Of a DNA stretch of 64,000 nucleotides, positions 28,851-42,150 are shown piece after piece. The first letter of the stretch is position 1, and each line of letters starts with the position of its first letter. Origin of the DNA: Octopus bimaculoides (lineage: Eukaryota); the NCBI RefSeq assembly GCF_001194135.2, contig NC_068990.1, forward strand, positions 87,620,299 to 87,684,298, read 5' to 3'. A program made the translations under genes and the position numbers. Below the pieces are notes generated by a model. The model made no database searches, was not told where the DNA came from, and saw nothing but the letters and a program-made list of their open reading frames with translations.

Positions 28851-29740
28851 ACGCTGCTTGAATATATCATCACTTTATTACCTTACTGTGAAACATGATG
28901 CCTTAGTTATAACATTGTATCTATAAAGTCGTAGAAATGATAACCCTTTGGAGTCAAATATAAGAAACTGAAGTAGTAGAATGTCCCTTTAAAATCTTCA
29001 ATAATATGTAAGTGTAACAGTCAGGACAGAATGATCTGGAACAGTATAGTAATTCTCTTGAGGCATAGTTGTATAAATATAACAAATTTAATGGAAAACT
29101 TGCAATGCGAAAGGAAGTAGAATTTAATCCCTTATATTTCGGGTAACATACCTGTTAACGTAACGCCAGGGGCTGTGCTGATTGAATTAGCAAAGACAGA
29201 AACGTCAACGACAGCGGCAGTGGGCACAGCAGTTGTCTTTAAGTGCTTTTTCCTCTGTGGAAGAAAATATATAAGGATATCAAATATAAGAAATTTATAT
29301 GTTTTAGTTTCTTTTGCATCGTAAGAAACATATCATTAAAGTCCTTTTTTCCCTGTAATGATCTGGGCTATAGAAATGAAAGTTATGCATTCTGGTTGAA
29401 ATCAGCTCCGCAGCAGATGTCAGCATCATGTTAAATATTAATGATAAAGAAAACATCTACACTGAATAGATGAGAAACCTATAGTTACTCCATCTCGACT
29501 ACAATTTTAGATTTCGGACAATAATTATTGGAGTGCTTGGCTCAGTACCAGTCTTAAAAAACTGGGGTATTTTCACAAAACTAAAAATAATTGAAGTTAA
29601 TCAGAAGGTTACTGCTACAAATAATCAAAGGTACTGTCCAAATATATAAAATATTCAAGAAGTTCAGCTATTAATAAGATTCACATATGCAATGAAATCC
29701 ATACCTGCACCCATATGCACACACATATGCATATACGTTA

Positions 29741-29773
<33 letters not shown>

Positions 29774-29797
29774 CACACACATACACACTCACACACA

Positions 29798-29829
<32 letters not shown>

Positions 29830-30479
29830 TACACACACATATATATTTATATATATGCAAGCTGCTGATTTTGGCATCGAGGGAACAGCAAATATATTAT
29901 TCTATTAATATCTATAGGCTTTTGACCAAATGATTTGCAAAATTTTCCACAAGAAGTAACGTGCATATTCCATGATACGGCTATTTGCCAAACAGTATAT
30001 TGATTTTTGCCTAGTGACGGCATAAAAGACTTCATCAAAGAACGTCATTCTTTGCCGATCTGCCGAAGCTCAATGACAAATAAATAATTATTTCAATTTT
30101 CTGTTTTCTATCTCACACTATAATGACTACTATCTGTAAACTACACAGCAATTTAAAATTTACTTATGTGGAACTTCTAAACTGACAAAGAGTCCATTCT
30201 ACATAAGATATAGTATAAGACAAACAAATAAGTTCTTACAAAGTTTTTAAATTTTCACTTCCGCATATATTTAAGAAATTAAAGAAATATATATTTGAGA
30301 ATTTACTTAGCAGCAAAAGTTTTACAGCAAGAATTTTGAAGTAATTACATTTTTTTGTTTTCCTCGAAAAGTATACACTTATAATTATGTATATGTACAC
30401 ACACACACACACACACATTCCCTGTATCGGTTTTATCTCGGGAGCTTTGCTACACTTTCGCTACTTGAAATTTCCGCTA

Positions 30480-30628
30480 GCATGTGGCATTTGGTGAATG
30501 AGGGACTGTGATTCTGCTGCTCTCCTTTGCAGTTCTTGCCGCGAAGTAGGTCCTGTTACTTTTATCGCTTTTGATGCCAAAGTTTGGTACAAGTTCTTCT
30601 AGGATATTCCAAGTGTATATCACTGCTT
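30480..30628 (-). mobile_element. CR1-like LINE ORF2 C-terminal fragment with internal deletion
   Basis: Minus-strand IYTWNILEELVPNFGI followed, in a shifted frame, by PTSRQELQRRAAESQSLIHQ. Confidence 0.55.
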
Positions 30629-30631
30629 ATC

Positions 30632-30718
30632 TTAACCACAGAGATGAGAACAAATATCCATCAAATGTAAATAATGTAAATAATGTACATAAATCCTCAT
30701 CTCTTAAATATAGAACTG
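30632..30718 (+). mobile_element. SINE family D 3' tail fragment
   Basis: Colinear with 62503-62590 (gagatgag...tcaaatgtaaataatg...ctcatctc.taaatatagaactg). Confidence 0.75.
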
Positions 30719-30837
30719 AATATAAGTGTTCCATGGCTGTGTCATTTAATAAATTTCATCCTCTATTTCTAACGATACTGGGGTCCACTTTTGTTGTTAC
30801 CCACGCAGTTTTTCGACACATATATATACATATATAT

Positions 30838-30989
<152 letters not shown>

Positions 30990-31128
30990 TTAATACTTAT
31001 TTTATATTTAGTTATATTGTAAGACGGAAGCATTAAATCGAAGGAATAACTCAATGCATATCAATAGAGGAACGCATTTACTTCATTTTGTAAAGAAATT
31101 TTTTTCTTGTCAGTGTGTGCGAGTGCTT

Positions 31129-31164
<36 letters not shown>

Positions 31165-32127
31165 TGTACTATCGTAATTGAAGTGCAAGTCTTCTGGATA
31201 TCATCCAATAGCCTGTAAATTCCAGGTTTCACAACAAAAATCCATAGCAATTAACGAACGTCGCACATTGGTGGTTGTCGTTAAAGGCCATAGATCGGAG
31301 TAGCTTCCGCGTCCATCATGGCGGTCCAGTCTGCATGACGTTCCATCACGTACTTCACCTTCACCGACGAGGACCAGGCTACGCAAAGGTTTGTAGCTAA
31401 AACTACACTCACGCGTGCGCATACAAGCGTACACGCACAAACATACACACAAATATGCAAACACACGCACACACACAAACGCAGACACGTGCGTATATAT
31501 TGCAGGAAACGATTGTTGATTCACACACCTTTGTTACTAGGAATGTGTGACTATGTGTACGTGTGTGTGTGTGAATATGTATGTATATATACGTATATAT
31601 ATATGTATGTATATATATAAATATATATATATATNNNNNNNNNNNNNNNNNNNNNNNNNNNNNNNNNNNNNNNNNNNNNNNNNNNNNNNNNNNNNNNNNN
31701 NNNNNNNNNNNNNNNNNNNNNNNNNNNNNNNNNNNNNNNNNNNNNNNNNNNNNNNNNNNNNNNNNNNNNNNNNNNNNNNNNNNNNNNNNNNNNNNNNNNN
31801 NNNNNNNNNNNNNNNNNNNNNNNNNNNNNNNNNNNNNNNNNNNNNNNNNNNNNNNNNNNNNNNNNNNNNNNNNNNNNNNNNNNNNNNNNNNNNNNNNNNN
31901 NNNNNNNNNNNNNNNNNNNNNNNNNNNNNNNNNNNNNNNNNNNNNNNNNNNNNNNNNNNNNNNNNNNNNNNNNNNNNNNNNNNNNNNNNNNNNNNNNNNN
32001 NNNNNNNNNNNNNNNNNNNNNNNNNNNNNNNNNNNNNNNNNNNNNNNNNNNNNNNNNNNNNNNNNNNNNNNNNNNNNNNNNNNNNNNNNNNNNNNNNNNN
32101 NNNNNNNNNNNNNNNNNNNNNNNNNNN

Positions 32128-32180
<53 letters not shown>

Positions 32181-32729
32181 GCGTGTACGTATGTGAGCGT
32201 GTGCGTGTGTGTGTGTATATGTGCCTGTGATTGTATCTATGTATATATGTATATATGTATGTGTGTTGTATGCGCGCAAGAATATCAGTATATTTATCAA
32301 AATTTCCTATTCTGGTCTTATCGTTTCTTATTAACGTCTTTCTTCTGCCATTAAGATTTTCTTGCAGTTTTCTTTTTGAAAAGCTTCCAGATCTGCCATT
32401 ACCGCCGGAATTTGAATGCTTGACCGTTGGCAGAAGCCAACAAATTTTTTTCTTTCTTAATGTCTATTATCTGCTCTCCGATGTTATTTGCATTGCTTCT
32501 ATTATTTATATCAAAAAGTTTTAGAGAATTAAGATCATTCGAGAATACATTTGCCTTAAATACGTGTTCAAAAGAATTGCAGTTCCTTTATACACACATA
32601 TAAACATATACATGTACAAACAGACACACACATGTACATATGTTTATGAAATATGTAAGGACGTACATATACACATATGGATGTTTGTGTGCGCGTATAC
32701 GTAATTATATACTTATAGAATATGTATAC

Positions 32730-32920
<191 letters not shown>

Positions 32921-33114
32921 GCATATATAAATATAGGCATATATATTTCAATATATACATATATAAATATGTACACACGAGTAAGCACATAAATGCAAAA
33001 CACAATGGGAAAAATTATTACTCGAATACGAAAGGCAGAAAAATCACAATTATCCTAGCAAATATTTTTTCTTCTGAATTATTTGCTCAGTATTGAAATT
33101 ACTTTCACACTGGC

Positions 33115-33693
33115 CACCAGTCAGAGCTGGTATAATGATTTGAGAAAGAGAAGAGAAACTGTGCACAGTTGTGGAAATTATCTGCCAAGTGGATGTTAAC
33201 ATAAAGCTGAAAATCAGTGCAAAAGAGAATACCTACTCTGAACTATTGAGAAATTTGCAGCAGCTACTCTATCTAGATTACAAGTTCAGGTTTATACCTG
33301 TAATTATTGGGGTCATGCTAAATACCAATCTTGAGAAATTGGGCTTCTCAAAAACAGAAAAGAGAAAGCTGATTCGAAAACTACAGATCCAATCCATCAC
33401 TGGAACTGTAAAAATCTGTAAAACTTTCCAGAAGTTTATCATATACATTTAAATGTATATGAGCATGTCTAGAGATGCAACTATATGCATGAGAAGACAT
33501 ACATAAAACAAAACATACAAATCTGTTTACATACATACATACAAACATGCATACATACATACATACATACATACATACATGCATACAAAAATACCCTGTT
33601 GTTGATGTTGAAATTCTAATGAAGGAGCCTTGAGTCTCAGTTAGAAACCGGCTCTTTCTCTATTGGTAAGAAATCTTGAAATAAAACTGAACA
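33115..33693 (+). mobile_element. 3' end of a REL-endonuclease LINE (R4/Dong/NeSL-like): endonuclease C-terminus + 3' UTR with internal (TACA)n
   Basis: EEKLCTVVEIICQVDVNI...FRFIPVIIG...LIRKLQIQSITGTVKICKTF matches REL C-termini. A second copy lies at 46435-46770. Confidence 0.8.
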
Positions 33694-34307
33694 ATGGAAT
33701 ACATATACATATTTTCACACGCACGGCACACAATTTTATTGTTATCCTTGGGTGTACTGCCAGCGTGTCTGCAAATCAAAACATACTTTTGAAGGCATTT
33801 ACAGTTAGTATGTATTGTTTTATGCTTTATATATTTATAAATGTTTTATACTTTATATTCACATAGCAAATACAGTTAGATGCACATATATTACCCAACA
33901 GTTTTAGATTTAGATACATGTAATGAGTTATGATAAACTATGTCAAACGGCAAAGCTGTTGTTAATTGTCAATCTTGTTCGCCGCTCGCTATTTTGATGA
34001 CATAAATCATAAACTCTGCATTCATACTACGATGGAGTGATGTCAGCTGTGCAAAATGCATCAGAAATGATGCAATCAATAATAGCTTCAATCAAGATTC
34101 TTCGACGTAAGGAATGGCTTATGATATAGGAGAACGTTGTTGGGTTTTAGAGAATCTGATCGATTGCATAACAACGTGAATGATAATCACTTGTGATCAA
34201 AGGGTATTACACACAGATCAAACTACGAATTCCTAAGGGCAACGGAGAACAACAATTGAGAAGAACGCCTCAAAAGGTCATTACCATCAAAAGATCTTCA
34301 TCATCGG

Positions 34308-34343
<36 letters not shown>

Positions 34344-34479
34344 AAACATGACCATCAACACCATCATTAATGCGCTCCTTCTTCATCGCTCATATTCTCC
34401 TTTCTACCTCTGCTATAAAACATGTCCAAATCTCGGTATATAAGAATACATTACATTGTCTGTGTGTCTGCCTGTCTGT

Positions 34480-34630
34480 CTGTCTTTGTGTCCGTGTTTT
34501 ACTCCCTACCACTGCTTGACAACCGGTGTTTTAATGTGTTTGCGGTTCAGCAAAAGACACCAAGAAAATACGTGTTAGGTCTTTTAGAAAAAATAGGTCG
34601 ATTTGTTCGACTAAGCAAAAGATAAAAAAT
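34480..34630 (+). mobile_element. SINE B 3' half (diverged)
   Basis: ccactgcttgacaaccggtg...ggtcgatttgttcgactaa. Confidence 0.65.
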
Positions 34631-35055
34631 AGAAGACACCCATCTATCCATCCATCCATCCATCCATCCATCCATCCATCCATCCATACATACATACATA
34701 CATACATACGTATATATATATATATATATATGGAATAAACGATAAACGATTGATAAGTGTCAGCAATCGAGTAAATATATGTACAACACAGAACTGAAGC
34801 ACTTGGACAATCAGATACGTTTGTGTCGCCGCCTTTGTTGAAAATATTATAATCCTTATAATATATACACATGAAACATCCGCTTCCTGTTCGCAAATAT
34901 CACACAAATTTTGTATAACCAGAAGCCATTCCTATCGCTAGCTCTCACCTGTTTCCAAGTAAGGTCATTTTTCATCATGTCCAGACTTGATTACATGGAA
35001 AATTGGAGACAAAGAACAGCTCTTGTATGACAGTGGCACTTAACTATAGATCGAT

Positions 35056-35177
35056 ATGGATGTATGCATGTATGTATGTATGTATGTATGTATGTATGTA
35101 TGTATGTATGTATGTATGCATGTATGTATGTATGTATGCATGTATGTATGTATGTATTTTTGTATGTATGTATGTAT

Positions 35178-35231
<54 letters not shown>
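35056..35231. repeat. Compound (TATG)n/(CA)n microsatellite
   Basis: Direct reading. Confidence 0.95.
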
Positions 35232-35239
<8 letters not shown>

Positions 35240-35465
35240 GAGTGGCTGTGTGGTAAGTAGCCTGCTTATCAACCGCATGGTTCCGGGTTCAGTCCCACTG
35301 CGTAGTACTTTCGGCAAGTGTCTTCTACTATAGTAGATGACACTTGGGCTGACCAAAGCCTTGTGAGTCGATTTGGTAGACGGAAACTGAAAGAAGCTCG
35401 TCGTATATATGTGTGTGTGTGAGTATGTGTGTGCTTGTGTGTCTGTGTTTGTCCCCCCCCCCCAT
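35232..35465 (+). mobile_element. SINE B 5' half
   Basis: ggagtggctgtgtggtaagtagc...ggttccgggttcagtcccactgcg...ggaaactgaaagaagc. Confidence 0.9.
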
Positions 35466-36137
35466 CACCACCACCACCACCACCAAAATTATTAATAAAC
35501 ACAGACTGAAAAACTTCACACACCATAAAATCTGGAAATGCAAATATAACTGTATCCAAAAATGAAAAAAACACAAAGGGGCAAATATGCAACGCCGGGT
35601 ACCTTTGCCAGTTGAAATCTCTAAGCGTATGTTTGTTTATATGTATTCTTTTTTTTTTTTTGCATAAACACTCGTATACATATACTAATATAGACACGCG
35701 CCAGTACACAAGTTCGAAAATACATTTACACACATACGATGACTAACTCACTGGCATACACTCTACACTCGCTGACAAACGCATGAGATCACATTGATAC
35801 ACAGGAACACAAATATAATTGTAACACACACAACTACGCACGCGCGTATAAGATTGTTTTATAGCCTTCAGCAGGATTTGATCGCCAATCGTGAATGTCA
35901 CGAAGCCTTCCGTAAGAATGATTTCTTAATAACCCGCCAAGGTTACAAAAGCGAAGAAAAGAGAGCGGAATCTCAGCGATAGCGTTTATAATGGTGGTGG
36001 TGGTGGTGGTGGTTGTGGTGGTGGTGGTGTATTTGCTGTTGCTTTTGGTGGTAGTTGCTTTGGAAGAGTTTATCAGATTTTTTCTTTTTTTTTTAATTAG
36101 AATTTGTTAACTTTTATTATAAGTAGAGTTTTGAAGT

Positions 36138-36400
36138 GAAGGTGTGTGGTCAAGTGGTCAAGTGGTTAGAGTGTTCGGTTCCATATCATAAGGACCCTAG
36201 TTCGTATTTCTGGCCGGATGATGTGTTGCTTCATTAAGCAAACTAATGTAATGTGTACCAGCGGACGACTGGTGCACCTCTTCTTCTATCGATCTGTCGT
36301 ATCCTGGGTGTTTTGGTGGTTCACGGGTTGCCCAGTCGAGTATCTATGCCTGCTAAGAAAGCATATGAGCTTAAAGCAATTAGGGGAAAACTTGATAAAT
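36138..36400 (+). mobile_element. SINE family C-related copy (decayed)
   Basis: ggtgtgtggtcaagtggttagagtgttcgg...gttcg tRNA-like head. Confidence 0.45.
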
Positions 36401-36639
36401 ATTACAAAGTCATTCACACTTGCGATCTATGGCTGACTGTACACACAGAGCATCGAATATATTTCAAATGTGTAATTTATATTGGTTTTCCTTAGGATTC
36501 TCGACTCTTGGTGCAGTCGCAAAAGACGCTGTCGTAACACCAGGCGGCGTGTCTTGAGCATTTCGAAACCTGGCAAAGTCCATCTTTTGCCAGGTTTGAT
36601 TTTAACTGATTTCTGTTCAATAAAAGAAAGAAACCAGAG

Positions 36640-36800
36640 CAGAATCGTTCCCCCACCGCTAGTTCTGAACTGGTACTTTACTCATCGACATCGAAAAGTT
36701 TGAAACGTAAAATTAACCTCGGCGTGATTTGAACTCCGGACGAATGCCACAAGGCATTTCGTCCGACGCTTTAGCAGCCTTGACAATTCGCTGCCAAGTT
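36640..36800 (-). mobile_element. Decayed SINE A
   Basis: aactggtacttt...acctcggcgtgatttgaactc...gcatttcgtccgacgct. Confidence 0.6.
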
Positions 36801-37554
36801 CTTTGTTAGAAAGAGAATTGACAGATTAGTGAGTACATCAGTCAGACTGCTTTACAGGAATAAACCATGTCCCTGAGTTCTCAGTTCAAATCTTTCTCAT
36901 GTCGACTTTCACATTCATTCTTTAAAGGTCAATGTAATCGACTGTTCTCTTCGCCCATTCGCATACCCTTACATACATCAGTGAAAATGACCAGTTTTTG
37001 ATATATTTTTCATTAGCAAAACCAAGAATCAGATTCCATTTATCTGTTTTAGTACAGAAGATATATATGCATAAATGGATACGTATGTATAGATATGTAT
37101 CTGTACGTACTTTATATATATATNNNNNNNNNNNNNNNNNNNNNNNNNNNNNNNNNNNNNNNNNNNNNNNNNNNNNNNNNNNNNNNNNNNNNNNNNNNNN
37201 NNNNNNNNNNNNNNNNNNNNNNNNNNNNNNNNNNNNNNNNNNNNNNNNNNNNNNNNNNNNNNNNNNNNNNNNNNNNNNNNNNNNNNNNNNNNNNNNNNNN
37301 NNNNNNNNNNNNNNNNNNNNNNNNNNNNNNNNNNNNNNNNNNNNNNNNNNNNNNNNNNNNNNNNNNNNNNNNNNNNNNNNNNNNNNNNNNNNNNNNNNNN
37401 NNNNNNNNNNNNNNNNNNNNNNNNNNNNNNNNNNNNNNNNNNNNNNNNNNNNNNNNNNNNNNNNNNNNNNNNNNNNNNNNNNNNNNNNNNNCTAGAAATG
37501 TAATGAAAGTTCCATTAATTAAAGTGTATATATGTGTGTGTATATATAAATATG

Positions 37555-37624
<70 letters not shown>

Positions 37625-38708
37625 CATTACTTATATAGTTGGCACTTATTGTCTCGTGTTATTCATTGAGGTCGTTTTATCCCAGTTCAAATCGTGTCCG
37701 GTTGACTTCTCCAGTGTTGGTAAAAAGAAAAGTAACCATAATATACTGTTATTGATTTACCTGTTTTCAGTGTCCTACCTAACATGTTCAACCATATGTC
37801 AATATTTATTTCAATCATAAACTACAGATTTCCCTAATTATGAAGGTAAAGGCCTAATCAGTTACATTGAATTCGCTATGTCAGACACTCACCTGTACGC
37901 CTATATATATATATATATATATATATNNNNNNNNNNNNNNNNNNNNNNNNNNNNNNNNNNNNNNNNNNNNNNNNNNNNNNNNNNNNNNNNNNNNNNNNNN
38001 NNNNNNNNNNNNNNNNNNNNNNNNNNNNNNNNNNNNNNNNNNNNNNNNNNNNNNNNNNNNNNNNNNNNNNNNNNNNNNNNNNNNNNNNNNNNNNNNNNNN
38101 NNNNNNNNNNNNNNNNNNNNNNNNNNNNNNNNNNNNNNNNNNNNNNNNNNNNNNNNNNNNNNNNNNNNNNNNNNNNNNNNNNNNNNNNNNNNNNNNNNNN
38201 NNNNNNNNNNNNNNNNNNNNNNNNNNNNNNNNNNNNNNNNNNNNNNNNNNNNNNNNNNNNNNNNNNNNNNNNNNNNNNNNNNNNNNNNNNNNNNNNNNNN
38301 NNNNNNNNNNNNNNNNNNNNNNNNNNNNNNNNNNNNNNNNNNNNNNNNNNNNNNNNNNNNNNNNNNNNNNNNNNNNNNNNNNNNNNNNNNNNNNNNNNNN
38401 NNNNNNNNNNNNNNNNNNNNNNNNNNNNNNNNNNNNNNNNNNNNNNNNNNNNNNNNNNNNNNNNNNNNNNNNNNNNNNNNNNNNNNNNNNNNNNNNNNNN
38501 NNNNNNNNNNNNNNNNNNNNNNNNNNNNNNNNNNNNNNNNNNNNNNNNNNNNNNNNNNNNNNNNNNNNNNNNNNNNNNNNNNNNNNNNNNNNNNNNNNNN
38601 NNNNNNNNNNNNNNNNNNNNNNNNNNNNNNNNNNNNNNNNNNNNNNNNNNNNNNNNNNNNNNNNNNNNNNNNNNNNNNNNNNNNNNNNNNNNNNNNNNNN
38701 NNNNNNNN

Positions 38709-38752
<44 letters not shown>

Positions 38753-39019
38753 AATAAAGAGAAACAAAGACTGAAAATATCCAGACGACGAACATTCATG
38801 TGTAAATATACAGATATTTATATATTAACAAAGCGGATTTACAAAGAGTACGAAGACACAGAACAATGAAGGCAGAAGGCATGATATTACAGGTCCGACA
38901 ACTGTTTCTGGGGGCTTGTAGTTACGTACAAATGTTGGCAGATATAGTTCCCAAAAGTCAAGGATATGCAACCATTAGTGGATGCATATAAACATTAGAT
39001 ATATCCGGCCTCTGACTTT

Positions 39020-39835
39020 GGCGTGGAGAGATACGTATCTAACCCGATATTTGATATCTCCTCTTCTGAGGAAGTATTCGATAAGGCATCCCTCTACTAT
39101 ACAAAAACGCCCTGGCTAACAGTGGTTTCAAACAGAAGAAAGACTTACTCCCCAATAAATAAAAATACGAAACCTAAAAATAGACCAAGGAAGATTATAT
39201 GGTTCACTTCTCATCCTTTCTCTTTGAAAATTAAGACTAATGTAGGTAGCAAATTCCTAGTTTTAATAGAAGAGCATTTCCCTGATAGCCATATATATAT
39301 AGGATAATTTTTTAATGAATATTCAGAAAAAGTGTCATACTGTTGTCCCAACAGGAAAGATATTTCCACTTGCACATTACCAGGCACCCACTCCATGTTT
39401 AACTGTAGAAACCCCCAAACCTTGCCCACTTGAACAGGTGTCCATGATTAGCTTATTAGCTTATAAAGTTTGAGTCACTGCAGCGTTCCAAATAATGAAA
39501 CTCAAAAGAAAAGTATATTAGCATATGCTAATGTGATTTTAAAAGAAGATATGCTAACCACCAGTCTTCTTTATAACACATGGATAAGTAGAACGACACG
39601 AAGTTAGCAAGCCATATCTGGGACGGGAAGGCCAATAATATACCACTCACTATCAAAAGGAGTATCATAGAACGATCCATGCCATACGTTAATGGATCAA
39701 AGAGATGCAAACTTTATTTAGCCGAAAGATGATTTATTCTTTTTTTACATCTAAGAACTTTACGAACCTACTGACTTCTAGATCTGAGATGTTCATTAAA
39801 TGTAAATATCTGGACAAGTTTCTTTCATTGAACTG
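39020..39835 (+). mobile_element. Penelope-like element remnant: RT thumb/linker + GIY-YIG endonuclease
   Basis: ISSSEEVFDKA, NRPRKIIWF..PFSLKIKTNVGSKFL.LIEEHFP, IF.EY..KVSY.CPN, FKRRYANHQSS, TKLASHIW, MPYVNGSKRCKLYL, LLTSRSEM..KC. Multiple stops and frameshifts. Confidence 0.85.
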
Positions 39836-40309
39836 CAAAAAACCATTCTCTCAGGATTAACATGCTATTTCACTAACTTTATCTTTTCACTATTGAATTA
39901 ATTACAACAATAATTTTAATACCGATTCTAAAAAGCCAAGGACGTAACTCTTAATTCCTTTATTCCATATTTCTATCTTCCCGTTCTACTTTTTTTTCCT
40001 TTTACCTTTTCTCTCTCATTCTTTCTCGTTCTTTCCCGCTTTTTTCTTAAAATGCAGCCATATTGTATTCTAGAGTTTGGTGGTTGCTTGGAAATGCTCG
40101 GCTTGCTATGCAAACTTGTTCGAACATCGTATTTTCAGAGGCATGAAACTAATAGTAGCCAGAATGATATTAATCTCTCACTGGATGGAGTATTTTATTT
40201 GTTGATCCCACCAATAACAGAACAATATGTGTATATATATGTGTAAGTGTGTGTGTATTCATGTATGTGTATATGTATGTGTATATGTATGTACATATGC
40301 TTTTATATG

Positions 40310-40450
40310 CAAAAACCTTCCACAGTTTCCACTTGCTAAATTCATTCACAAAGCATTAGTTGATCCAGGGTTACAGTAGAACAGATTTTCTCAAGGTGCA
40401 CCTTGAATTCGAAACCACGTGGTTGCAGAGTGAGCTTCTTACCTGCCGGC
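40310..40450 (-). mobile_element. SINE B 5' fragment (diverged)
   Basis: cagtttcc...aaattcattcacaaagc...caaggtgc...accacgtggttg...agcttcttacc. Confidence 0.6.
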
Positions 40451-40720
40451 GCCGAGCAATACCACTCAATTGATATTTCACTGAGATGGTATTCAACTGA
40501 AACGCTAACACTCAGGAGTTGTCGTCAGCAGACTGTGCAAGATCAGATTCCTACCTCACTCTATTCTATATTTAATCTTAATTAATGAAAATTACTTTAC
40601 TTACCATGTCAGATATGTTAGCGTGCTTTCTTAATTTGTATGAATGACAACATCAATCAGCTGATATGATTGGGGAGCGTTCAGTGAATGTCAAAGTGAC
40701 AAATTACAGAACACGTGATC

Positions 40721-40752
<32 letters not shown>

Positions 40753-41051
40753 AACTAATATCTGAATTCTAAAACGAATTGCTTAATTTATTCCTTTTAT
40801 TTGTCTTTTTGGATTTCTTAATTGACTAATGAACCAATTAACTAATTGTTATTCATTGATATTTAAATAATGGATCAACAAAACCAAAATAATGTATAAT
40901 AACCACATTGACATTTAAAGTAAATCAAGAAACACTTGTTCGAAAATAGAGTTTATAAAATTCGATAATGAAACAGAATTTCTATATTACTGATTCCTTC
41001 TACTAGAGCTTCTGCTTGCTCCGTTGCACTTCTTTTATTACAACTGTTTCT

Positions 41052-41230
41052 CAAGGTGATGAGCTAACAGCACTTCGTCCGGCTCTTTGCGTTCTGAGTT
41101 CAAATTCAGCCAAGGTCGACTCCGCCTTTCTTCCTTTTGAGGGTCGATGAAATAAGTATCAGTCAAGTATTGGGGTCGATGCCCCTTTCCCTCAAAATTG
41201 CTCGCTTTGTGCTATAATTTGAAACCTTTA
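41052..41230 (+). mobile_element. SINE A (partial)
   Basis: ttctgagttcaaattcagccaaggtcgac...gggtcgatgaaataagta. Confidence 0.75.
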
Positions 41231-41504
41231 TTATCATACAACTGCTTCTGCAATTGTTGCTGTTACTACTGTTGTTGTTGCTGCTATAAAAAGCCACATT
41301 ACAACACACCACTTCTCAACTGCTATCACTGCACCACACCACCTCATCACTGCCACCTTAATATCACAACACCATCATTGTTGCAACATCACCACCACTT
41401 CTCTAAATTATGAAGTATACATTAGTAGAGCCCGCTCATCTCCAAGTTATACATACAATATCTGTATTTGAACTCAGCATCGTCGGCTAACGAAAAACTT
41501 GTTA

Positions 41505-41720
41505 ACATTAGTTTCAAATTTTGTTACAAAGCCAGAAATTTCAGGGAAGGGATAAAGCTGATTACACCAACCCAGTACTCAACTGGTACTTATTTTACCG
41601 ACCCCGAACGGATGAAAGGCAAGGTCGACCTCGGCGGAATTTGAATCCAGAATAGGGAAGATGGGCGAAATGCCACTAAGGTTTTTGCCTGGCGTGCTAA
41701 CGATTCTGCTAGCTCGTGGC
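41505..41720 (-). mobile_element. SINE A
   Basis: aactggtacttatttt.ccgaccccgaa.ggatgaaaggcaaggtcgacctcggcggaatttgaa...gtgctaacgattctgc. Confidence 0.85.
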
Positions 41721-41752
41721 CTTGCAGCTTTTTAATATTACAGCACTGTTGT

Positions 41753-41990
41753 AATGGCTGTGAGCTGGCAGACACGTTAGCACGCCGGGCGAAATGCTTA
41801 GCGGTATTTCGACTGCCGTTACGTTCTGAGTTCAAATTCTGCCGAAGTCGACTTTGCTTTTCATCTTTTTGAGGTCGATTAAATAAGTACCAGTTATGCA
41901 CTTGGGTCGATGTAATCGACTTAATCCCTTTGTCTGTCCTTGTTTCTCCCCTCTATGTTTAGCCCCCTGTAGGCTATAAAGACATAAATA
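41753..41990 (+). mobile_element. SINE A, full length
   Basis: gagctggcagacacgttagcacgccgggcgaaatgcttagcggtatttcg...aagtaccagtt...tgtttagcccc. Confidence 0.9.
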
Positions 41991-42004
41991 TTAGAGTACT
42001 ATTG

Positions 42005-42150
42005 TAAAGCGGCGAGCTGGCAGAATCGTTAGCACGCCGGACAAAATGGTTTGTAGCATTTCGCCCGTCTTTACGTTCTCAGTTCAAATTCCGCCGAAGT
42101 CAAGTTTAGCATTTATCCCGTTCGGGATCGATAGAATATGTAGTAGTTGA
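42005..42150 (+). mobile_element. SINE A (3'-truncated)
   Basis: gcggcgagctggcagaatcgttagcacgccgg...gttcaaattccgccgaagtc. Confidence 0.85.

Noticed and set aside
29180-29220. Hammerhead-like string CTGATTGA...GAAACGTC
   Set aside because: The core has an extra base and stem II cannot form.
40460-40497. Hairpin AATACCA-CTCA..TGAG-A-TGGTATT next to a SINE B head
   Set aside because: About 11 bp of stem, no miRNA-length arms, no recognised motif.
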